The notes beneath the pieces were generated by a model. It saw nothing but the letters and a program-made list of their open reading frames with translations, made no database searches and was not told the origin of the DNA. Shown here in pieces: positions 39,067 to 49,102 of a stretch of DNA of 64,000 nt; the first letter of the stretch is position 1; each line of letters starts with the position of its first letter. Origin of the DNA: Patescibacteria group bacterium (GTDB taxonomy: Bacteria > Patescibacteriota > Patescibacteriia > JAXHNJ01); contig JAXHNJ010000002.1 in the NCBI GenBank assembly GCA_034520665.1, positions 480,660-544,659 of the forward strand, in the 5' to 3' direction. The translations under genes and the position numbers were made by a program.

Positions 39067-40449
39067 TTATTTATCGATTTGCCAAAGCCAGGTATTATTG
39101 TATTTTTTAATAATTTTGTAATTATTTTCTATATATTGGTCAATAATATTTTTTTGGTAATTAAATCTCTCCCCAATTTTATAATTAGTAATAATATAAC
39201 TTGGTTTTTCATTTATTAATATATTATAATTTTTATCTAAAAAAAACTGATTACCCTGAATTGTTTCTATAACATTTGTATAATAGGGATTATATTTTTT
39301 TAATTCAAAATATAAACCTGGCAAAAAAGGATGAGCAAATATTGATTCCTTTTTAACTGTATTTTTTATATCCTTAATCATATTTTTGGTATAATTACTT
39401 GTCTCAAGACGTTCAGTAAATTTAAGAAAAAGAGAGGCATAGATTATAAAAATAATTAATATAACAAAAACACTCAGTAGTTTTTTTGAAAAATATTTAC
39501 GAAAAACATTATACTTTTCTCTTATTAGAAGTGCCGACAAAATTATCAGAGGGAAAGAATTAAGGAGTAGATGATAAATATCTGGAAGATTTAAAATTGA
39601 TATAAATAGAGCAAGCTGGAGCCCGAAAAGCCAGCAATATTTGTCTTTTAGTCTATCATTTTTTTTATATAGTATAAGAAGCCCCAACCAAATAATTATA
39701 AACAGAAGAATAAAAGTATAGCTTATTTTATTCACATCATGATAAATACGAACTATCCGTAGAAGTGCTGTAAAAACAAAAATTCCCCACGTCATCAAAC
39801 CAATAGCAAAAATTAGCAGTATTCCGCTTAATGAATAAATAATATGTTTTAAAGAAATTTTATTTTTTTTATATAAATATACTAAAAATATTCCAAGCCA
39901 GATAATAAGAGCTATACCTTTATTTTGAAGAAAGTAAAATGTTAAAGCGCTCAAAATACCAGAGAGAAAAATATATAATACCTTTTTTTCCGAAAGGTAT
40001 TTAAAAAGAAAGTAGGTGAGAATAATAGTAAGAAAAAGACTGTAAGTATTATGATTAATTAGAGGATAGGAAAGGCTAGTTATAATAAAAAAAACAAAAG
40101 TAGCAATCAAGCCGGCTGTTTTATAAGGACTTAAAATAAGAAAAATTTTGTATATTAACCAGGTACTAAGAACAAGACATAAAAATGAAAATATTTTGAC
40201 TATTAAATAAGAAGCTCCGAATAAACTAAAAATTCCATAAATTAGATAAAAAGATCCCGGGCTTATATATTCAAAAAAATCATGATAAAGCATCCGGCCA
40301 TTATAAATATTCCAAGCTCCATTTAAGGCAATTCCCTCGTCGGAACTTAAACCATACCAAAAATGTAACAAAAAAGCAGATATTAAAAATAAAGATAAGA
40401 CTAAACTTACCCGGCTTATTTTTTTATTATTTATAATTTTATTTATCAA
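39067..40449 (-). CDS. polytopic membrane protein, GT-C-like glycosyltransferase suspected
   Basis: At least twelve TM helices. Similar architecture to 15394-16593 and 35585-36877. Confidence 0.45.
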   Translation of the reverse strand: MINKIINNKKISRVSLVLSLFLISAFLLHFWYGLSSDEGIALNGAWNIYNGRMLYHDFFEYISPGSFYLIYGIFSLFGASYLIVKIFSFLCLVLSTWLIYKIFLILSPYKTAGLIATFVFFIITSLSYPLINHNTYSLFLTIILTYFLFKYLSEKKVLYIFLSGILSALTFYFLQNKGIALIIWLGIFLVYLYKKNKISLKHIIYSLSGILLIFAIGLMTWGIFVFTALLRIVRIYHDVNKISYTFILLFIIIWLGLLILYKKNDRLKDKYCWLFGLQLALFISILNLPDIYHLLLNSFPLIILSALLIREKYNVFRKYFSKKLLSVFVILIIFIIYASLFLKFTERLETSNYTKNMIKDIKNTVKKESIFAHPFLPGLYFELKKYNPYYTNVIETIQGNQFFLDKNYNILINEKPSYIITNYKIGERFNYQKNIIDQYIENNYKIIKKYNNTWLWQIDK

Positions 40450-40807
40450 GATAATTAAGTAAAATTTCTTTATTTTTTTTAATATCTTTTTTAACTTGTT
40501 GATAAAGTTTTCTTTTAGAATAAAATTTTATTAAAGGCCTTATTTTTTTAATAATTTTCACTTTTATTTTTTGTCCATAGATATCAGGGCAATTTTTTAG
40601 AAAAAAAACTTCTAGTTTTGAACAATTATTTTTGTCTAGAGCACCAAAAATTAGTATGGCCGGGTATTTTTCTTTTTTCAAAAAAGCAAAGCAAGCATAA
40701 ACTCCCGGCTCAATATTTTTAGCTAAATTAGGGTTAAGATTAGCCGTGGGAAAGCCTTGTTTTTTACCTTGTCCGTCGCCTTTAATAACCGGCCCCTGAA
40801 TAATCAT
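40439..40807 (-). CDS. ribF: riboflavin kinase (monofunctional flavokinase domain)
   Basis: GDGQGKKQGFPTANL motif and conserved C-terminal E..H..DF region. Confidence 0.78.
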   Translation of the reverse strand: MIIQGPVIKGDGQGKKQGFPTANLNPNLAKNIEPGVYACFAFLKKEKYPAILIFGALDKNNCSKLEVFFLKNCPDIYGQKIKVKIIKKIRPLIKFYSKRKLYQQVKKDIKKNKEILLNYLDK

Positions 40808-41568
40808 TTTATGAATTTCATAAATTTCTGGTGAATAACTCCGTTAGAACAAATCATATCTTTTGATTTTAAGTTCCAGTCTTTGCCATTAAAATCTGTA
40901 GCTTGGCCGCCGGCTTCTCTGACTAGCAAAATTCCGGGCGCAATATCCCAAGCCTTACCTCCAGGAATGACAAAGCCTTCGGCTCGGCCAGAAGCCACCC
41001 AAGCGGTTTCAATACCCCCGGCTCCTAGTTGCCTGATATCTAAAGCTTTCATTTTTAGTTTAGAATAAATTTTTAAGGCTTTTTTAACCTGTTTTTTCTG
41101 ATAACCATGACAAAAATAAAAGATTGATTTGTTAACGGCTCTTTTCTGACTGACCTGAATTTTTTTATTGTTTAAATAAGCACCTTGACCTTTTTCAGCC
41201 CAGTATAATTCTTTCATATAGGGAGCATAAATAACTCCTAAAATAACTTCATTTTTATAAGTTAAAGCAATAGCCGTGCAAAATAAGGGATTACCCATTA
41301 AATAATTATGAGTGCCATCCAAGGGATCAATAACCCAGGTGTAATCGGATTTTTTATGAGTTTGGCCTGATTCCTCGCCTAAAATATTATGATCCGGAAA
41401 TTTTTCAGTAATAATTTTCTTAATAATTTTTTCCGCTTTTTCATCCACTTTAGTAGCCAGGCCACTAAAACCGCCTTTGTTTTTTATATCCTTACTTTTT
41501 ACCTGGTGAAAATTTTTTAAAATGTATTGACCGGCCTTTTTAGCGGCCTTTAGGGCTGTTTTTTTCAT
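40804..41568 (-). CDS. suhB: inositol monophosphatase family protein
   Basis: WVIDPLDGT and GxxDxxxxxxG motifs. Confidence 0.82.
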   Translation of the reverse strand: MKKTALKAAKKAGQYILKNFHQVKSKDIKNKGGFSGLATKVDEKAEKIIKKIITEKFPDHNILGEESGQTHKKSDYTWVIDPLDGTHNYLMGNPLFCTAIALTYKNEVILGVIYAPYMKELYWAEKGQGAYLNNKKIQVSQKRAVNKSIFYFCHGYQKKQVKKALKIYSKLKMKALDIRQLGAGGIETAWVASGRAEGFVIPGGKAWDIAPGILLVREAGGQATDFNGKDWNLKSKDMICSNGVIHQKFMKFIK

Positions 41569-42059
41569 AAAGTAATATCTTTAAATTTATTAGTCATATT
41601 TTCCAGGTCAAAAATAGCGAAAGAGGGATATTGGAACATACCGCCGGCGGTGCCAGGGTTCAAAAGATAAGTATCACCATTTTTTTCAAAAGATTTAGCG
41701 TGATTATGACCAAAGCAAACTAAATCATATTTGTGACTACTAGCTAATTCCTTAGCTTTGTCCGAGAAATGGATCATAGCTATTTTTTTACCATTTAGTT
41801 CAAATTCAGCCAAATCCCCGTAATGATTAACTTTATCAGATTTATCAGCCAATTCTTTTTCAGTTTCTTGGTCAGCTACGTTGCCATAAACCATATAAAT
41901 TTTTCCTTCAAATTCCTCTATCATTTTTTTTAACATAGAAGGGGCGGCTAGGTCACCACAGAAAAAAATAGTTTTAATCTCTCCTTCTTTTAAATTTTTA
42001 TTAATAATTTGCCAGCTTTTATAATTATCATGTAAATCTGACAAAATAGCGATTTTCAT
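41565..42059 (-). CDS. YfcE-like metallophosphoesterase
   Basis: MKIAILSDLHDN, GDL, GNxD and GHxH motifs of the calcineurin-like superfamily. Confidence 0.78.
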   Translation of the reverse strand: MKIAILSDLHDNYKSWQIINKNLKEGEIKTIFFCGDLAAPSMLKKMIEEFEGKIYMVYGNVADQETEKELADKSDKVNHYGDLAEFELNGKKIAMIHFSDKAKELASSHKYDLVCFGHNHAKSFEKNGDTYLLNPGTAGGMFQYPSFAIFDLENMTNKFKDITL

Positions 42060-42063
42060 AATA

Positions 42064-42504
42064 TTAAATTTCCTTTTTATACCAGATTTTATCTAGTTTC
42101 TGGTATTTTAATCGGTTATATAATTTAATCGCTTTAGGGCGGTAGTCTTCAGTGTATAAAACTAATGTTTTTACTTTTTTCTTTTTGGCAATTTTTTTAA
42201 TTTCCTTCATCATTTTGTCAGCCAGGCCCTGTCCTCGGTAGTCTTTGTCAATAACTACATCATCAATCAGGCCCATTTTGTCTTTAAGCCAAAATTCGGG
42301 GATAATACGCAGAGTTACATGGCCGATAAGTTTATTATTTTTTTCTAGAACTAATTCATAGTCATAATTAGCCTTAATAATTTTATGCCAGGCTTTTTTT
42401 AGTTTTTTCATATTTTTTGGCACTATTTTTCCGGGACTCCAAAGCTGCTCATACAAACGCATGATTTCAGAGAAGTCCGATTTTTTGGCCGGTCGGAATT
42501 TCAT
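42064..42504 (-). CDS. GNAT family N-acetyltransferase
   Basis: RGQGLADKMM acetyl-CoA binding motif. Confidence 0.78.
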   Translation of the reverse strand: MKFRPAKKSDFSEIMRLYEQLWSPGKIVPKNMKKLKKAWHKIIKANYDYELVLEKNNKLIGHVTLRIIPEFWLKDKMGLIDDVVIDKDYRGQGLADKMMKEIKKIAKKKKVKTLVLYTEDYRPKAIKLYNRLKYQKLDKIWYKKEI

Positions 42505-42887
42505 AGGTTTATTATAGAATATTTAATTATATTGGGCTAATTTGTTTTAAATATTTATCTTATCAATCTGAAATTAATCTATCATTATCCTAGTAATAAT
42601 TTCGGTAACTGGAATATTTATAATTTTCTGGGTTTTTAACTAAATTAGCTCGGACAGGATTATGATGAATCTAATCTAATTTTTGTTTTAAAAAATTTAT
42701 AGAAAAAATATTTTTTATCCAGCCTTGACTCGGCCAGAGTTTATGAGTTTATTTTTTGGTATTAACCGTAAACGTTTTTAATAACTTTTGAGAAATTCGA
42801 AACTATCTTTTTTTGGTTTTGAGGAAGTTGGATTTCTTAATTATATTTTTAAATTTTATTTCGAGAAGATCCAACCGGATAGAGCCA

Positions 42888-43178
42888 CGCGGATCAGGAG
42901 ATCCGCGCTTTTCGGGTAATTTTAAGGGTTTCCTTGGCAGTTTGTTTTATACTAGGTAGATGAGGGCCATGACCCTCATCTAGGCCTGGTTTACTAATTA
43001 ATAATTCTATGTAAATAATCAGGCATAATTTAGATAGCAGAGATAAATCTTTTGCTTTCGCGAAAACAAATATTCCTATCCGCGTAGCTGGAGATTTATC
43101 TCCAGGAGTTAGAATAATTCGGGTAGAGGCGAGCCCTTGCTCGCCTCTAAAATAAGGCCAAAGCGAGGGCTTTGGCCG
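42888..43178. repeat. cluster of five different perfect GC-rich hairpins in an 815-bp non-coding gap
   Basis: 42888-42907 CGCGGATC-AGGA-GATCCGCG. 42957-42982 TAGATGAGGG-CCATGA-CCCTCATCTA. 43088-43105 CTGGAGAT-TT-ATCTCCAG. 43124-43149 TAGAGGCGAGC-CCTT-GCTCGCCTCTA. 43156-43177 GGCCAAAGC-GAGG-GCTTTGGCC (this one plus T-runs acts as a terminator). Confidence 0.7.
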
Positions 43179-43319
43179 ACCCTTTTTATTATAAATACTA
43201 AAATAATTTTCAAAAAGCTAAATTCTCTAAAATTATTAATCTATCTTCATTACAGAATTATTTAAATAATAATTACGATAACCTGAATATTTATAATCTT
43301 TGAGGTTTTCAAAAACATT

Positions 43320-44086
43320 TTATATCTCAATCTGCATCAAATCTTTGGCTAAAACAATTGGGCCTTTATAGGTTTTCTGGGCTTGTTTTTTAAGATCGTA
43401 TTTTTCACATTCCGGATAAAAATGTGTTAAAACTAATTTTTTTACTTTTGCTTTGGAAGCAATTTTGCCAGCTTGGGAAGGAGTTAAATGGCTTTTAACT
43501 TTATTTTGATTGGGCATGCTACTTTCAATTAATAGTAAGTCCGTATTTTTTGAAATTTCCAATAGGCTTTTCGGATAGTCAAAACATATATCTCCGGCGT
43601 AAACCATTGATTTTCCTTTATATTCAATACGATAAGCGACGGCGTAAGGAGAAAAAGTATGGCCTTGTTTCCAGGTATAGACTGATTTTACTTGGAAATT
43701 CTTCGCTTTGTAGGTTAAATTATGCATTTCTTTAATCTTTAACTTAAAACAAAAGTACTCCGTATATTTAGGAAAAAATGCCTCCCCATTTTTTTGATAA
43801 ATCCTTTTATTTTTTTAGGACCGAGTAAAACAATTTCACGATTGGTTTGTCTGACCCACCAATTCCAAAAAAGAGCCGGTAGATCGGCCACATGATCGAC
43901 ATGTGTGTGGGTAATTAAAATATAATTTATTTTTGTGTCATCATAGCCGGCATCTATAATATGCTCTTTGGTCCCGGAGCCAGCGTCCATTAAGATTAAA
44001 TCTCGGCCAATCTCCAGGAGATAACCGGGTTCATTTCTTTTGGTTGAAGGATCAGTTGTGCCCGATCCTAGAATGGTTAGTTTCAT
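43320..44086 (-). pseudogene. MBL-fold metallo-hydrolase (RNase Z-like) split into two ORFs by a frameshift near 43728-43740
   Basis: ORF 43739-44086 carries THTHVDHV (HxHxDH). ORF 43320-43727 carries the C-terminal half. Frames differ by 2 nt with an 11-nt gap. Confidence 0.6.
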
Positions 44087-44668
44087 TTAATAATATTCTT
44101 TAAATAATTTGATAAATTCTTGGTTATATTTTTTTAGTTTTTTTCTTATTTTTTGGCCGGTTTTTGTAAAAAATTTAGGCTTAAAATTTTTCAAATAATC
44201 AAGAAGTTTGTTGATAGCTTTTTCATGAGGGTATCCCTTTATTAATAAATCGCCATATTCTCGTATTATACCCACCGGACCATAACACTGCAGTTTACCA
44301 GCATCAAAAATAATTTTACCCTCTAAAGTTTTAATTTTATGGCTGTTTCTAGTATCGTGATATCTAATGGCTTCTCCGATTTTATAAATTACCTCTTTGT
44401 CTAGTCCAATTTTATTTAATAATTTATTGGCTATTTTCCGGCTATTTTCTCCGTGAGGCTGACTTCTTTTTTTTGGCGCTAAGTCATGAACCAGCCCAGC
44501 CACATAGCAGATATTCTTATCAGCTCCTTCTTTTTGAGCTATTTTTTTGGCTAATTCAGCGGTTTTCAAGGCATGATTATAATGATGAAAGGGGTCATTA
44601 TTTTTGTTATATATTTTAATAACTTCTTTTCTTATTTTTTCGATTTCTTTTTGTGAAAGCCTAGCCAT
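44087..44668 (-). CDS. HD-domain phosphohydrolase
   Basis: HHYNH...HDL HD motif. Confidence 0.72.
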   Translation of the reverse strand: MARLSQKEIEKIRKEVIKIYNKNNDPFHHYNHALKTAELAKKIAQKEGADKNICYVAGLVHDLAPKKRSQPHGENSRKIANKLLNKIGLDKEVIYKIGEAIRYHDTRNSHKIKTLEGKIIFDAGKLQCYGPVGIIREYGDLLIKGYPHEKAINKLLDYLKNFKPKFFTKTGQKIRKKLKKYNQEFIKLFKEYY

Positions 44669-44683
44669 AGATTTATTAGATTT

Positions 44684-47221
44684 TTAATTTTTAACATATT
44701 TTATCACTATTTTTGTGATACCTAAAGCGCTAAAATATCCGAAAACAGCACCGATTAAAATTACTAACCATTCATATAAGCCTAAAGCAGTGACATGAAA
44801 AAAACTATTCAAAGGTGAATAAATGATTATTATTTGCAGTAAAAATGAGAATACCAGAGCTAGTAAGAGCCATTTATTAGATAACCAATTTAATTTTTCC
44901 CTATATCTAATGCTGGCAATTCTAATAAATTCGTAAATAATAAAGCCAGTGAATAGAGCCGTTCTGGCTACCTCAAGTCCTCGGGGTAGAAGTATAAAAA
45001 AGGTAGCGAATAATATTATCATTTTTTTTAGGCCGATAGAGCCGATTAACCAAGCTAGAGTTTTATTAATAATTGATTCGTGGGCTTTTCGGGGCTTCTC
45101 TTTCATAATATCTGGTCGGGCCGGATCGACAGCCAAAGCCAAAGCGGGCAAACCGTCTGTTAAAAGATTAATCCAAAGAATTTGCACTGGCAAAAGAACC
45201 GGCTCCTTGGTAGTAATAAATAAAGTAGCTAGAAGAATAACCCCAACTTCAGCTAAATTACAAACAAGAAGATAATTAATAGCTTTTCTAATATTATCAA
45301 ATATTTTCCGACCTTCTTTTATAGCCGTGACAATAGTTTTAAAATTATCATCGAGCAAAATCATGTCACTGGTTTCTTTAGCAATTTCCGTGCCATTAAT
45401 GCCCATAGCAATGCCAACATGAGCTTGCTTTAGAGCCAGAGAGTCATTAACTCCGTCTCCTGTCATGGCCACCCGATTATCTTTTTCCAGTATTTTTAAA
45501 ATACGCATTTTGTGAAAAGGGTTTATCCGGGCAAAAATATTAATTCCTTGATCTAATTTTTTTTGCAAAATATTCTTATCCATTTTTTCCAGTTCATGAC
45601 CCTCAATTAAGCCTTGGCTAGTCAAACCAATCTTATCGGCAATAGCTACGGCTGTATTTGGATTATCACCAGTTACCATGATTACTCTAATGCCGGCTGT
45701 TTTACATTTTTTCAAAACGGATTTTATTTCCGGATGGGGCGGATCTTCCATAGCCTGAAGACCCAGCCAAATTAATTCTGATTCCAGCTTATTTTTTGGG
45801 TCTTTGGTTTTTTTATAAGCAAAGCCTAAAACCCTCAAGGCCTGATTAGCAAATTCTTTATTACGGGCTAAAATTTCTTGCTTAATCTCTTTTTTTAGAG
45901 GAATTATTTTGCCATTTTTATAATATTTTTTACATTTTTTAATTAAAATTTCTGGCGCTCCTTTAGTATAGACTGTATAGTCTGGATTATTTAAATTTTT
46001 AACCACCACACTCATCATTTTTCTATCAGCAGTAAAGGGAATTTCGTTTATTCTTTTATTTTTTTCTAGTATCTTGGCCGTATCAACTATTTTATCAGCG
46101 GCTCGATAAAGAGCTACTTCAGTTTCATCGCCAATATATTTTTTTTCTTTTGACTTATTTTTTTGTTTTTTTGTATCATTGCATAAAACCCCGCAGACCA
46201 ACATTGGTTTTAATGGTTTAATATCGTTTACATTTAATTTATCGGCTTTGTAAATTTTACTAGCCATAAAAAGATCAGTAACCGTCATTTCATTTTTAGT
46301 AATAGTACCGGTTTTGTCAGTACAGATAATATTAACTGAACCAATTGATTCGGCTACCCCCAGTTTTCTTATTAAAGCCTTCTTTTTAACCATTAGTTTA
46401 GCGCCAAAAGCCAGAGTCAAAACAACAATAGCTGGCAAACCTTCAGGGATAGAAGCTACGGCTAAAGAAATGGCGGTTAAAACTGAGATATATAAGGAGT
46501 ATTTAAAAAGGCTGATTAAAAAAATTATAACCGTAATAACGCCAACTAGCCAGAATATTTTTTTACTGAATTTTGAAATTTCTTTTTCAAAAAGAGTTTT
46601 GTTCTTTTTTATATCTTGCAGTTTATCGGCAATTTTACCAATTTTTGTGCTCATACCAGTATTTATAATACGAGCCTTAGCTCGACCGATATAAACAAAA
46701 GTATTCATATATATTTTTTCTTCCCCTTTTTTACTTACGGCCCTGGATTCCCCGGTTAAACTGGACTCGTCAACTTTTAAATTATGAGATTCAATAATTT
46801 TGGCATCAGCCGGAATAATATCTCCCGATTCTAGAAAAATAATATCATTTTGTGCTAACTTGGTACTTGGTATTTCCTTTATTTTACCGTCTCTTAATAC
46901 TTTAGCCTTGGGAGTAGCCATTTTTTGCAAGGCTTCAATTGATTTTTCAGCCTTATACTCCTGAAAAAAACCAGAGATACCGGAAATAAGTACAATAATT
47001 AAAATAAGAACGGCATCAATAATATTGGGGTCAGTATTAGGTAAAAAACCGATAACTAGAGAAATAACAGCGGCGATAATTAAAATTATTATCAAAGGTG
47101 AAGTAAATTGAGATAATAAAATTTTGAACGGGCTCTCTTGCTTTTTCTTTTTAATTTGATTAAGCCCGTCTTTTTTAAGAATTTTTGCTGCTTGTTTGGT
47201 TGATAAACCTTTATACGGCAT
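44684..47221 (-). CDS. P-type cation-transporting ATPase (type IIA-like, Ca2+/Mg2+)
   Basis: DKTGTIT phosphorylation motif, TGDN, GDGVNDSLAL, ten TM segments. Confidence 0.9.
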   Translation of the reverse strand: MPYKGLSTKQAAKILKKDGLNQIKKKKQESPFKILLSQFTSPLIIILIIAAVISLVIGFLPNTDPNIIDAVLILIIVLISGISGFFQEYKAEKSIEALQKMATPKAKVLRDGKIKEIPSTKLAQNDIIFLESGDIIPADAKIIESHNLKVDESSLTGESRAVSKKGEEKIYMNTFVYIGRAKARIINTGMSTKIGKIADKLQDIKKNKTLFEKEISKFSKKIFWLVGVITVIIFLISLFKYSLYISVLTAISLAVASIPEGLPAIVVLTLAFGAKLMVKKKALIRKLGVAESIGSVNIICTDKTGTITKNEMTVTDLFMASKIYKADKLNVNDIKPLKPMLVCGVLCNDTKKQKNKSKEKKYIGDETEVALYRAADKIVDTAKILEKNKRINEIPFTADRKMMSVVVKNLNNPDYTVYTKGAPEILIKKCKKYYKNGKIIPLKKEIKQEILARNKEFANQALRVLGFAYKKTKDPKNKLESELIWLGLQAMEDPPHPEIKSVLKKCKTAGIRVIMVTGDNPNTAVAIADKIGLTSQGLIEGHELEKMDKNILQKKLDQGINIFARINPFHKMRILKILEKDNRVAMTGDGVNDSLALKQAHVGIAMGINGTEIAKETSDMILLDDNFKTIVTAIKEGRKIFDNIRKAINYLLVCNLAEVGVILLATLFITTKEPVLLPVQILWINLLTDGLPALALAVDPARPDIMKEKPRKAHESIINKTLAWLIGSIGLKKMIILFATFFILLPRGLEVARTALFTGFIIYEFIRIASIRYREKLNWLSNKWLLLALVFSFLLQIIIIYSPLNSFFHVTALGLYEWLVILIGAVFGYFSALGITKIVIKYVKN

Positions 47222-48377
47222 TTTTTTTAACTTTCCATTTTACTAATAAATTAGAAAATAAAATTGGTACAAGAAATTTAAAAACTATACTTGAGGCAAT
47301 AATTATGGAAAATAAATCACTTTTTATTAACCCATTATCAAATAAGATTTTTATTATAATAATACTGGTACTAAATCTTACAGAAAGACCAATACCAAGT
47401 AGAATAGATTTTTTTGTACCTAATGTATTTTTAGCAATAAGATAACTAGCTAAAAGTTTTCCTGTTTTTGCCACACTGACGACCAAAAGAATTAATAAAG
47501 GATATTTTATAAGATATCCCATATCCATCTCTACTCCTACTGACAAGAAAAATATTGGAGCAAAAAAACCATAACATAATGATTTAATTTCGCTTTCTAT
47601 TTTAAGTAATTTTTCTTTTGGAAGGAAATTTTTAAGAATAACTCCTGCTAATAAAGCAGTAATTATTTCAATTTGAATATATTTTCCAATTCCAATAAAA
47701 AGAAAAAAAATAGATAAAGTTAGGAGAAAAAGATTTTCTATAGATAGGTGAGTAAATTTTTGTATTTTTATTTTTAATCTTTTTATAATGAAAATTATAA
47801 TAAATAAAAAGGAAAAGGAAATAGTAATTGAAAATATATTTATTTGATGATTGCCAGTTGAGCCAGTTAAAAAAATTACAATAATAAGAAGAATAAATTC
47901 TATTATATCGTCTAGTGTGCCAATGCCAATAATACTTTGTCCTAATTTAGTATTTATTATTTTAAATTCATCTAAAATAGGAATTAATATTGCTTCGCCA
48001 ACTGTAGCAAAAGATAAAGCCACTAAAAATGCTATAAACCAACTATAACCAAAAACAAAATGAATAAGTAAAGAACCCATAACCCCTTCTAAAAAAATAA
48101 TAAAAAAAGTAGCTCTAAAGATAAAACTACCTATTTTTTTCAATTTTTTTAAATTTATTTCAAAACCGATAATAAAAAGTAAAAAATACATTCCGAGTTG
48201 AGACATAAATTCAAATGTCTCAGAAGAAGTAATAGATTTAAAAGGATTATATATAGCTAGTAATGTTCCAAGTAATAAAGAAGCAAAAATCCAAGGAACT
48301 CTAATTTTTTCAATTTGCTTGCCAATTACAAAAGTGAGAAGAAATAAGGCACCTAAAAATATAAAAATATTAATCAT
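47211..48377 (-). CDS. monovalent cation:proton antiporter (CPA family)
   Basis: Twelve or more TM helices. Na+/H+ exchanger-like. Confidence 0.65.
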   Translation of the reverse strand: MINIFIFLGALFLLTFVIGKQIEKIRVPWIFASLLLGTLLAIYNPFKSITSSETFEFMSQLGMYFLLFIIGFEINLKKLKKIGSFIFRATFFIIFLEGVMGSLLIHFVFGYSWFIAFLVALSFATVGEAILIPILDEFKIINTKLGQSIIGIGTLDDIIEFILLIIVIFLTGSTGNHQINIFSITISFSFLFIIIFIIKRLKIKIQKFTHLSIENLFLLTLSIFFLFIGIGKYIQIEIITALLAGVILKNFLPKEKLLKIESEIKSLCYGFFAPIFFLSVGVEMDMGYLIKYPLLILLVVSVAKTGKLLASYLIAKNTLGTKKSILLGIGLSVRFSTSIIIIKILFDNGLIKSDLFSIIIASSIVFKFLVPILFSNLLVKWKVKKNAV

Positions 48378-48469
48378 AAATATAATAGTTTATTTAAGTT
48401 TACAAAAAAATAAAAGAAATATTATAAATACATCTTTATTATAGCAAAAATAGTACAATTATTAAATTA

Positions 48470-49099
48470 TTTTTTGTATTTTTTTTTGAATTAATTTCTC
48501 TAATTGATTTATTTGAGGCTTAAGAGGCCTAGCTGTGTTAATGGTGTATAAAAATATTATTTTTTTGAGATTTTTTAAGTATAAATGTTTTCCTTGATGA
48601 TAGATATATTTATTAGAAATATATTCTTTGTTTATAGTTTTAAAATCAGTATTTTTATTTTTAAATCTTTTTAATATTATTTTTTCCGGACAAAAAATAT
48701 TCAGCCAAATTAAATGAGCTCTAAATTTACGAGCTATTTGTTTATGTTTCTTAATATCAGATAAAGTCTGATTGCCGGCATCTATAAGAAGGCTATATTT
48801 TTCTTTAAGTAATCTTTCTGAAGATTTGTATAGAATTTTTTTTATGGCTTTATTAAAATTCTTTTTTTATAAAGATTGATAAAAATTTGACGAATAGCGT
48901 CTGAACGAAGAATAACCAAAGGAAGTTTTTCAGCTATTCTTTTAGCGGTTGTGCTTTTACCAGCACCTACTTTGCCAAATAAACAAATATAAATTGGACT
49001 TTTTAATTTTTTTTTCGGAATTTTTAAAGAATCAAAAAACTGCTGATAAATTTTTTTCTCATCAGCAGTAAAATCCGTATTAAAGATTTTTTTTGTCAT
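48470..49099 (-). pseudogene. P-loop NTPase / predicted kinase interrupted by frameshift in a T8-9 homopolymer (48831-48841)
   Basis: ORF 48842-49099 has GKVGAGKST Walker A. The downstream frame 48470-48841 continues with LIDAGNQT and a kinase-like C-terminus and has no start of its own. Confidence 0.55.
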
Positions 49100-49102
49100 A
49101 AT

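Noticed and set aside
42888-43178. CRISPR array
   Set aside because: The five palindromes have unrelated sequences and irregular spacing. There are no direct repeats of constant length.
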